Source: Caldisericota bacterium
GTDB lineage: Bacteria; Caldisericota; Caldisericia; JAAYUI01
Assembly: GCA_029548865.1 (NCBI GenBank)
Contig: JAKPMO010000008.1
Span: 1-26,530 of the forward strand
DNA: 26,530 nucleotides
Direction of reading: 5' to 3'
Within the stretch, counting starts at the first letter, position 1. Each line of letters opens with the position of its first letter. The position numbers and the translations under genes were made by a program. This document shows, one piece after another, positions 17,995 to 25,088 of the stretch. Below the pieces are notes generated by a model, which ran no database searches, was not told the origin of the DNA, and was given only the letters and a program-made list of their open reading frames with translations.

Positions 17995-18748
17995 CTACAA
18001 AGCAGTCATCAGCTACGATGGCTCCGCATTTTTCGGGTGGCAGAGGCAACCAGGCCTTCCGACCGTCCAGGGAACAATGGAAGACTCCATTTTTGAGGCA
18101 CTTGACGAAGAAACTTACGTTTATGCCTCATCAAGGACCGACAAGGGCGTTCATGCGCTTGGCCAGGTCATTTCATTTAAACTCCCAAAGAAGTTCAACC
18201 TGGTTGGAATGAAAAGTCTTTTGGATTCACAACTTCCACCAACCATAAGAATAAGGTCACTCGATTACGCTCCTGAGAATTTTATTGCCAGGTTTGAAAG
18301 CAGGAAAAAGGTCTACTCATACATTGCCCATCTTGGCCCTTCCCCTTCCCCTTTTGTCCACAATGGCTCCTGGGTCATTGATGATGCCAGAATGAACATG
18401 GATGACCTGGAAAGAGCTTTTGGTGGTTTTGTCGGGATGCACGATTTTGTTTGCTTTGGCAAATCCGATGAAGACAAGCCGAACAAGGACACTCACTGCA
18501 CCCTGGAACTGGCCCAGATCGAAAAGAAGGGCGAATATTTGATATTTCTGGTAAAGGGTGATAGATTCCTCCACAACATGGTCAGACGCATGGTTTCCTT
18601 TGCCATATTTTGTGGACAGGGTAAAGAGAAACCGGAGAGACTGGAAAGGATTTTTGCAGGAGAGCTGTGCCTTTCTTGCGCCTATCCTGCCCCACCGCAG
18701 GGTCTGTATCTTGTGAAGGTGGAATATAATCACGAAAAAGGTGTATAA
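17975..18748 (+). CDS. truA: tRNA pseudouridine(38-40) synthase TruA
   Basis: YDGSAFFGWQRQ, catalytic RTDKGVHA, FLHNMVR, APPQGLYL; probable ATG 17975. Confidence 0.95.
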   Translation: MSGQSFNYKAVISYDGSAFFGWQRQPGLPTVQGTMEDSIFEALDEETYVYASSRTDKGVHALGQVISFKLPKKFNLVGMKSLLDSQLPPTIRIRSLDYAPENFIARFESRKKVYSYIAHLGPSPSPFVHNGSWVIDDARMNMDDLERAFGGFVGMHDFVCFGKSDEDKPNKDTHCTLELAQIEKKGEYLIFLVKGDRFLHNMVRRMVSFAIFCGQGKEKPERLERIFAGELCLSCAYPAPPQGLYLVKVEYNHEKGV

Positions 18749-18757
18749 TAAATAGAG

Positions 18758-19414
18758 ATGAACGATATGGTGCTCCTCTTAAGGTTGGGTTTTGAAGTTC
18801 TGATTGCACTTCTGGTGCTTGGAACAGCCATTTTTGCCTTTCTCCATGCGAGGAGAGGGGAAGATGTGGCCTCGATCACTTTCGGTTTTTCCTGTCTTGC
18901 CCTCTTTGTCTCCCAGGTAGTGTTGATCTCCATAATCACCAAAACAGGACTTCCATCATCACTCCCATCGAATTATGTGCTTGTCTATCTCCTGTGGTAT
19001 ATTGCCGCAAATTATCTTCTTTTTGGACTTGGAACCTTTGCTTCCATCTTCATGAACGGGAAAATATATGTCACAATTGCTGTTCCAGTCATTGTCCTTC
19101 TTGCCATACTTCTTGGCATAGGTTTTGCCGAGGGAATAATACCTGGCCTGCCGAGATTTGAAAGTAATGGCTCATGGCTTTGGACAATCTCTGGAGTAAT
19201 GTTTTTTGCAAGCTTTTTAATGTACCTCCTTTTTTGGATACAGAAAAAAGACCCGTACAGAATAAAAATGGCAATAGCCTTCCTGATGATTGCAATTTGC
19301 TTGTTCCTGCTGACCAATATTTTGGCGGATACATGGATTTGGTATATTGCCCAGGCATTGAGGCTTGTTGGCTTTGCCATGATATTTTTTGAGGTACAAA
19401 CCAGCTACGCATGA
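18758..19414 (+). CDS. Uncharacterised integral membrane protein (~7 TM helices)
   Basis: 218-aa ORF of about seven hydrophobic segments with short loops; 9 nt after truA; ATGA overlap with next gene. Confidence 0.8.
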   Translation: MNDMVLLLRLGFEVLIALLVLGTAIFAFLHARRGEDVASITFGFSCLALFVSQVVLISIITKTGLPSSLPSNYVLVYLLWYIAANYLLFGLGTFASIFMNGKIYVTIAVPVIVLLAILLGIGFAEGIIPGLPRFESNGSWLWTISGVMFFASFLMYLLFWIQKKDPYRIKMAIAFLMIAICLFLLTNILADTWIWYIAQALRLVGFAMIFFEVQTSYA

Positions 19415-20184
19415 AAAAATGCGCTTTTTTTCTTGCATTGCTTGTGTGTGTTTCCCAAGTGTCCCTGTGTGTTGCAGCTGATGTCACCCAGAGCACCCAG
19501 AAACCAAAAACACCATTTGAAGAGCTGGCCAGTATTGATGCTTTACCCCCGACAATATACCTCTCAAATCTTGACCAAAAAACCAATGTTGCAGAGAGCG
19601 TTTACCTTTTAACATCTGTTCTTGACTGGTCCGAGCAATACAGGATATCAGCGACCGACTCCTTTTGGATGCGAATATGGTTCAGAATGGAAAGGTTTGT
19701 ACGATATATTCGGTTTGATTTTGACAAATTGAGTGAAATTGCTGCCGTAAAGGGTTTTGAAAGGCTCTCGAATTCAAAGAGGTGGAGCATTGAGTTTGAT
19801 ATGGCTGATCTTGGAAAGCCTGTAGTTGGCTGGCAGATGCTTGAAATGGAAAGTTTTGGTCTTTCCGAAGCCCTCTCCTCAAATGGCATACAGAGGACCC
19901 TTCGTGAAGAAGTAAACTCTTTATTGTCGCAGATAGCCTCGATAAAAATCGAGATGACCCAAAAGTTTGCAGATTTGAAGATAGAAAAAGAAAAAACCCA
20001 GATAGAGGACGAGGTTCCTCTGGCCTATTTTTTGTTTGCCCTTCAGCACAACCTTTTGCCTGATGTGGAGAACCCAACACCATTAATGCTCGAAGAAACA
20101 TTAACCAAAGGCCAGGCCCTTGAGTTTGCAATGAAAGCGAAACAGTTCCTTAAAGGTATGGTAGAGGACATTTCGAACAAATAA
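19411..20184 (+). CDS. Exported protein, possibly with three degenerate SLH-like repeats
   Basis: Signal-peptide-like N-terminus MKKCAFFLALLVCVSQVSLCVAA; 257 aa; followed by a terminator; SLH similarity by eye only. Confidence 0.7.
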   Translation: MKKCAFFLALLVCVSQVSLCVAADVTQSTQKPKTPFEELASIDALPPTIYLSNLDQKTNVAESVYLLTSVLDWSEQYRISATDSFWMRIWFRMERFVRYIRFDFDKLSEIAAVKGFERLSNSKRWSIEFDMADLGKPVVGWQMLEMESFGLSEALSSNGIQRTLREEVNSLLSQIASIKIEMTQKFADLKIEKEKTQIEDEVPLAYFLFALQHNLLPDVENPTPLMLEETLTKGQALEFAMKAKQFLKGMVEDISNK

Positions 20185-20213
20185 AAAAGCCCCAGGAGAC
20201 CCCGGGGCTTTTT
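20183..20213. terminator. Bidirectional rho-independent terminator
   Basis: AAAAAAGCCCC-aggagacccc-GGGGCTTTTT: GC stem flanked by A-run and T-run, between convergent genes (19411-20184 and rpmB). Confidence 0.85.
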
Positions 20214-20232
20214 GTTATGGAAAAAATTTTGC

Positions 20233-20424
20233 CTAGGCCACTACCCTGACTTTGTTGGCTTTCAGACATTTCGCGCAGACTTTCATTCTTACTACCGAAG
20301 TGCCTTTCTGGACCCTAACGCTGTGGAGGTTTGGGAACCAGCGCCTTTTGGCTCTGATGTGGGAATGGCTTATAGTGTGGCCGGTGACCGGGCCTTTTCC
20401 GCATACTTCACAAACTCTGGACAT
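20233..20424 (-). CDS. rpmB: 50S ribosomal protein L28 (bL28)
   Basis: [33 protein letters not shown]...VCAKCLK; start ATG 20424 with AAGGAGGT upstream. Confidence 0.97.
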   Translation of the reverse strand: MSRVCEVCGKGPVTGHTISHSHIRAKRRWFPNLHSVRVQKGTSVVRMKVCAKCLKANKVRVVA

Positions 20425-20452
20425 GTTTCTACCTCCTTGAATACGAATGTCA

Positions 20453-20481
20453 AATTTAGCAAAGGGGAACAAACATGTAAA
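20453..20481 (-). promoter_or_regulatory. Sigma70-type promoter for rpmB
   Basis: Minus strand TTTACA (20481-20476), 17 bp, TAAATT (20458-20453), with extended -10 TGn. Confidence 0.6.
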
Positions 20482-20507
20482 GGGTTAAAATGGAAAATTG
20501 GTTTTCC

Positions 20508-20535
20508 TTGACATAATAGGGTTTGGCTATAAAAT
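20508..20535 (+). promoter_or_regulatory. Sigma70-type promoter for rplM-rpsI
   Basis: TTGACA (20508-20513), 16 bp, TAAAAT (20530-20535); AGGAGG RBS downstream. Confidence 0.7.
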
Positions 20536-20558
20536 TGTTGCTTTGTAGGAGGATTGCT

Positions 20559-20981
20559 ATGGATACAGTATTTTTGACCGGCCTGGAGAAAAAATGGTTC
20601 GTAGTGGATGCGGCCGGAAAACCGGTTGGCAGGGTCGCCGTAAAGGTAACACGCCTGCTCTCCGGCAAAGAAAAGCCGACTTGGAACCCGCACACCGATA
20701 CAGGCGATTTTGTTATAGTTGTTAATGCCAACAAGGTGGTTGTTACCGGCAAGAAAGAACAACAGAAGATTTATTATCATTATTCCGGATATAATGGCGG
20801 ACTCTATGAAGCCACTTTTGAGAAGATGATGGAGAAGCACCCGGAAAGAGTCATCGAGCATGCCGTAAAAGGAATGCTACCCCAGGGAAGACTTGGAAGG
20901 GCAATGTTTAGAAAGCTAAAGGTCTACAATGGCCCAGCTCATCCCCATGCCGCACAGAACCCGCAGGCAGTGAAGTTGTAG
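20559..20981 (+). CDS. rplM: 50S ribosomal protein L13 (uL13)
   Basis: WFVVDA, GKEKPTWNPHTDTGDFVIVVNA, AVKGMLP, KLKVY, HPHAAQNP; ATG 20559 after AGGAGG. Confidence 0.98.
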   Translation: MDTVFLTGLEKKWFVVDAAGKPVGRVAVKVTRLLSGKEKPTWNPHTDTGDFVIVVNANKVVVTGKKEQQKIYYHYSGYNGGLYEATFEKMMEKHPERVIEHAVKGMLPQGRLGRAMFRKLKVYNGPAHPHAAQNPQAVKL

Positions 20982-20988
20982 GAGGAAT

Positions 20989-21369
20989 ATGTACAGGGCA
21001 ACTGGATATCGTAAAACAGCCATTGCAAGCGTCATAATGAAGCCAGGTGAAGGCAAGATTGAAATCAACGGCAGGGAATTTGAACACTACTTCCAGACAG
21101 AGTCCCACCGCAAGACAGTACTGGCTCCGCTTGAGGCAACCGACAAAGTCGGCAAGATGGACATCACCGTCAAGGTCATGGGATCTGGCGTAAACAGCCA
21201 GGCCGAAGCTGTACGTCACGGCATAGCCAAAGCACTTCTTGAGGTTGATGCTGAATTCAGGCCAAGCCTCAAAAAACCAGGATTCCTAAGAAGAGACGCC
21301 CGCAAAAAAGAGAGAAGAAAATATGGAATGAGGGGCGCCAGGAAAGCAAGACAATACCGCAAACGTTAA
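20989..21369 (+). CDS. rpsI: 30S ribosomal protein S9 (uS9)
   Basis: ATGYRKTA, QAEAVRHGIAKAL, RDARKKERRKYG, ARKARQYRKR. Confidence 0.97.
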   Translation: MYRATGYRKTAIASVIMKPGEGKIEINGREFEHYFQTESHRKTVLAPLEATDKVGKMDITVKVMGSGVNSQAEAVRHGIAKALLEVDAEFRPSLKKPGFLRRDARKKERRKYGMRGARKARQYRKR

Positions 21370-22427
21370 TGTCTGCTTCAATCCTCTCTACTTCAAACGA
21401 AGACCAACTTATAAGCTCCTTGAGGGAATATTCCCTCAAGGAGCTTTCTTCATCTTGTGAGTTCCTTGTTTTTGTCCCCTTTTGGGGCAGGCACAGGACC
21501 GAACACCCAAATGCCGATTTGGTATCAAAAATAAGTGCTCTTTTTAGGGATTTGGGTCATAAGGTCACCCTGGCTTGGGACCACGAATCTTTCCCTGATC
21601 TTAGGGTCCCAGATGGCGTCAAGGGCCAGGATTTAAAAAGAGACCACTTTATTTTTTCAAAGGGAATTGGTGAGAGAAAAGTTTCCGGTCCCAGGAGATG
21701 GGACACCAGCAAACCCGCTTTTTTGCAGAGAATTGCAGTTGCAGAATGTGCTTATGAGGCAGAAGCTGTTCTGCCAATTCTTGCACCTGCCCCTTCAACG
21801 TCGTTTCTTGTTTCTGGCTCCATAACATCTTTTTTGTCGCTTTTGCCAACCCAGACAATAGCAAAAATACTCCTTGAAAGCACAACTTCAAACGTTGGTT
21901 CTGCGCTTGCAGAGGTTTATTCACTTTTGTCATTCAAAACAATAGGCGCAGTTTATGATGCTTCACAAATCACAGACTGGCCCGGCATTGGAAAACCAGA
22001 CAGAAAAAATTTTGAAACCAAAATATTCTCTTCTGATTGTGTCGCAGGAGATGCCTATATTTCAGAATTATTTGGATGGCCATCGTATCTTCCGCAGGTG
22101 GTGAGGGCGTCAATAGACCTTGGGAGTGGTGAGGGAAGACTCTATAATGTGGATTTTGATGGAAGACTTTTGAAGGGTTACTTCCATATCAGGCGGATGG
22201 TATCAGACAAAAACACTGTTTTTTACCCTTTGGCAATGGTTTCGAGGTACTACCTCAAATTTAATAAGGACAATTGTGGATTTTGTCATTTGTGCGAACA
22301 TGTTTGTCCCAATGGGTCAATAAAATTTGATGATGGAAAAATGAAAGTTTTGGGTTCGTGCGTGAAATGCTGGGCCTGTGCCGATTCTTGCCCCAATTTT
22401 GCAATAGAGATCAGAAGATCACCCTGA
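21369..22427 (+). CDS. DUF362-like protein with C-terminal 2x[4Fe-4S] ferredoxin domain
   Basis: CGFCHLCEHVCP and CVKCWACADSCP motifs; SSDCVAGDAY resembles the DUF362 DPVALD motif; TAATG overlap with rpsI. Confidence 0.7.
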   Translation: MSASILSTSNEDQLISSLREYSLKELSSSCEFLVFVPFWGRHRTEHPNADLVSKISALFRDLGHKVTLAWDHESFPDLRVPDGVKGQDLKRDHFIFSKGIGERKVSGPRRWDTSKPAFLQRIAVAECAYEAEAVLPILAPAPSTSFLVSGSITSFLSLLPTQTIAKILLESTTSNVGSALAEVYSLLSFKTIGAVYDASQITDWPGIGKPDRKNFETKIFSSDCVAGDAYISELFGWPSYLPQVVRASIDLGSGEGRLYNVDFDGRLLKGYFHIRRMVSDKNTVFYPLAMVSRYYLKFNKDNCGFCHLCEHVCPNGSIKFDDGKMKVLGSCVKCWACADSCPNFAIEIRRSP

Positions 22428-22683
22428 AGGTTTTTTCGTAGGAATTTTCCTCAATTTCTGTGATTTCCACCGAGCCAACTTCGGCATATCCCGGTCCTAT
22501 GTGCATTGCACCAATAAAACTTTGAATGCTTGTCCTGTCCCCTTGCACTTCTACTTCAACGCTCCCGTCAATCCTGTTTTTTGTATGCCCAACGAGGCCG
22601 TATTTCTCGGCATTGGTTTTGGCAAAGTGGCGAAAACCGACGCCCTGTACCCTACCCCTTATCCTCAGTTTTACCCTTGGCAT
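22411..22683 (-). CDS. acyP: Acylphosphatase
   Basis: GRVQGVGFR signature, N..DGSVEV, 90 aa. Confidence 0.95.
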   Translation of the reverse strand: MPRVKLRIRGRVQGVGFRHFAKTNAEKYGLVGHTKNRIDGSVEVEVQGDRTSIQSFIGAMHIGPGYAEVGSVEITEIEENSYEKTFRVIF

Positions 22684-23083
22684 TCAGCTCGCTCCTGAAA
22701 ATTGCACCGAGTATCCCGTTGACAAAACCTCCAGATTCGTCGCCGCCAAACTTTTTTGCAAGCCTGACTGCCTGGTCAATGACAACAGACGGCGGGGAGT
22801 CTTTCAGGAAAAGTAATTCGTATATAGCTATCTGGAGTATGCTCTTGTCAACAAGCCATAGCCTGCTCAAGTCCCAATTTTCCAGGTGTTTTGAGATAAT
22901 TTTGTCTATCTCGGTCCTGGATTTCAGAATCCCCAGGAAAAGCGTTTTTGCAAAAGAGGCGACTTCGGAATCTGGTTCCGATGATTCAAGTACAAGGAGT
23001 CCCTGTTCTCTCTCATTTTCCGGAAAGTAGGACGAAGCAAAAAGCATTTGCAATGCAAGTTCTCTTCCTTGTCGCCTCTGCAT
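22652..23083 (-). CDS. nusB: Transcription antitermination factor NusB
   Basis: RRQGRELALQMLF, WDLSRL..VDKSILQIAIYEL, VVIDQAVRLAKKF, FVNGILG. Confidence 0.95.
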   Translation of the reverse strand: MQRRQGRELALQMLFASSYFPENEREQGLLVLESSEPDSEVASFAKTLFLGILKSRTEIDKIISKHLENWDLSRLWLVDKSILQIAIYELLFLKDSPPSVVIDQAVRLAKKFGGDESGGFVNGILGAIFRSELNAKGKTEDKG

Positions 23084-23090
23084 CTGGCGG

Positions 23091-23654
23091 TTACTTGTTG
23101 GCTCTTTCCAAATAGAGGCCGGTCCTTGTGTCGATCCTGATGATCTCGCCTTGCTCTATGAAAAGTGGGACCTGAACGACATATCCCGACTCAACCTTTG
23201 CTGGTTTGAATGTATTTTGGGCAGTGTCACCCTTGAAACCTGGTTCGGTCTCAATTATTTCCATCTCGACAAAGGTTGGCAGCTCGACTGATACAGGTTT
23301 TCCCTTGAAATATGCGACCTCAATTATCATGTTCTCTTTGAGATAATTGACGGCGTCTCCCAGGTCGTCTTCATTTACTGAAATCTGGTCGTAATTTTCC
23401 TGATCCATAAAGAAAAATTCATCGCCTGACCTGTAAAGGTATTGCATTTTTCTGTAATCAAGAAATGCCAGTTTGAATTTGTCTTCTGGCCTGAACGTGC
23501 GCTCAACCTGGGAACCGTTTTCCAGATTTTTGATTTTTACCCTTACAAATGCGGTGCCCTTTCCTGGTTTTATGTGCTCGAATTTGACGCACGCCCAGAG
23601 GCCATCTTCCATCTCAAAAGTCTTTCCTATCCTTAGATCGTTTGCGGTGATCAT
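23091..23654 (-). CDS. efp: Elongation factor P
   Basis: HIKPGKGTAFVR, PGFKGDTA, VPLFI, IDTRTGLYLERA; AAGGAGG RBS. Confidence 0.98.
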   Translation of the reverse strand: MITANDLRIGKTFEMEDGLWACVKFEHIKPGKGTAFVRVKIKNLENGSQVERTFRPEDKFKLAFLDYRKMQYLYRSGDEFFFMDQENYDQISVNEDDLGDAVNYLKENMIIEVAYFKGKPVSVELPTFVEMEIIETEPGFKGDTAQNTFKPAKVESGYVVQVPLFIEQGEIIRIDTRTGLYLERANK

Positions 23655-23676
23655 TATTCCTCCTTAAAGCGTTAAG

Positions 23677-23705
23677 AGTATAAAGGCAAGCAAATACCGT
23701 GTCAA
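23677..23705 (-). promoter_or_regulatory. Sigma70-type promoter for efp-nusB-acyP
   Basis: Minus strand TTGACA (23705-23700), 17 bp, TATACT (23682-23677): near consensus. Confidence 0.8.
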
Positions 23706-23722
23706 CGAACCCCCTTTCCTTG

Positions 23723-23753
23723 TTGACAATCGGGGCACACAAAGAGTATCAAT
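23723..23753 (+). promoter_or_regulatory. Possible sigma70-type promoter for the 23761 operon
   Basis: TTGACA (23723-23728) followed 18 bp later by TATCAAT; -10 match is imperfect. Confidence 0.45.
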
Positions 23754-23760
23754 TTGATGG

Positions 23761-24588
23761 ATGGTCAATTTCCCGATTGGAGAGCCGCTCCTTGACAAAC
23801 TTCCCGTCAACATGATCAGTGTTGACGCTATCTTCTCTGATTATGAAGGGCAAAATGTCCTTCAAATTGATGCTACCGATTTTGGAAGGTTCGTTTTTGT
23901 TGGATCAAAAGAAGGTCTCGATTACTCCTATGACGCCACCGAACATGCCAGACACCTGGCTGGCGAAAAATACCTTCTTGTTCTTAAAACAATTAAAACA
24001 AAGCCATCACGAATAACTCTTGCACCTCTTAACCAAAATTTGAAGCGTATATACGACATGCTCTTCAGATGCAAACCTAAATTTGTCGGATTGTCCACAA
24101 ATTATGTTTCGTTCTGGAGACTTGCAGAAACATTTAAAGAAGATGGAAACACCTGCATTGTTTCGATTGACATGGAAAATTTAACAATGTGGGCGATCTT
24201 CAATGCTGGCATTATGACCGGAGGATGGCTTTGCAAAGATGGTGTCTACCCGTCCGAATTGCTTACAAATCAGAAAATCCTGGAATCATCGGTAAAAATG
24301 GTTGGCACCATAAATGTATATGAAAGCAGACAAACATCAGTTTTTGAAGTTACGACGAAAACCAAACTAAAGAGAGCGCGGGATTTTGCTGATATATTCA
24401 ATTCTGAATCGCTCATCAGCCAGCGGGCCAAGTGGCTGCATGGTGAATCTGTTGCTGATATTGCTATGCTTGTTGATGGGGCCAGGACAATCTCCGATAT
24501 AGCATTGGCAATCAATGAACCTGTCGACAAGGTTTTAAATACCCTCAGGTTCCTGGCGGAGCAGGGCCTTGTGGAGAGATTCCAGTGA
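23761..24588 (+). CDS. Uncharacterised protein: internal tandem repeat (PATAN/DUF4388/DUF2226-like) plus C-terminal winged HTH
   Basis: 275-aa ORF; C-terminal LVDGARTISDIALAINEPVDKVLNTLRFLAEQGLV fits a wHTH pattern; two similar N-terminal units. Confidence 0.6.
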   Translation: MVNFPIGEPLLDKLPVNMISVDAIFSDYEGQNVLQIDATDFGRFVFVGSKEGLDYSYDATEHARHLAGEKYLLVLKTIKTKPSRITLAPLNQNLKRIYDMLFRCKPKFVGLSTNYVSFWRLAETFKEDGNTCIVSIDMENLTMWAIFNAGIMTGGWLCKDGVYPSELLTNQKILESSVKMVGTINVYESRQTSVFEVTTKTKLKRARDFADIFNSESLISQRAKWLHGESVADIAMLVDGARTISDIALAINEPVDKVLNTLRFLAEQGLVERFQ

Positions 24589-25088
24589 AAAACATGTTGC
24601 CAAAGCTGGCTGGTTTGCCTGGCAAAATTGGGCTTTGTTCACAATTGAACATATCGCTCCCAACAAAAGGCATACATGAAATGTTGGGCACAAGAAGGGC
24701 AAAGCCAGTGCTTTACCAGCTTGGAAGAAGCATTGGCAGGGAGTTGGGTGCAATTCTTGAAAAAGAACACGGCTTCAAGAAAGCCAACGGAACAGACGCT
24801 TTGTTTGCAAATATTGAAAAGATGGGCCATCTGTTTTTTGGCTGCAGAATATCGACGCCCAAAAACTCAGGACCTATTGCCACCCTCAGAATATTTGATT
24901 CACCAGGGTGCGCTGGCATCTCGCAGATGCCGGAGCCCTGTTGTGACTATATTGCTGGTGTTATCGCATCCTTTTCGGCGTACCAGCTTGGTGGTGTGCC
25001 GACTTCATGCATTGAGATTTCGTGTAGGGGATGCGATCCAACGCTCCCCTGTTGCGAGTTTGAACTCCTTATAGGTACCCTAAAGTAA
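24585..25088 (+). CDS. Stand-alone V4R (4-vinyl reductase-like) domain protein
   Basis: LYQLGRSIG, DSPGC, PCCDYIAGVIA, EISCRG, CEF: typical V4R pattern; GTGA overlap with upstream gene. Confidence 0.8.
   Translation: MKNMLPKLAGLPGKIGLCSQLNISLPTKGIHEMLGTRRAKPVLYQLGRSIGRELGAILEKEHGFKKANGTDALFANIEKMGHLFFGCRISTPKNSGPIATLRIFDSPGCAGISQMPEPCCDYIAGVIASFSAYQLGGVPTSCIEISCRGCDPTLPCCEFELLIGTLK

Noticed and set aside
5403..20424. Zn-ribbon (Cys-containing) forms of L24, S14, S4, L36 and L28
   Set aside because: These are ordinary ancestral forms in many anaerobic and thermophilic bacteria, not unusual.
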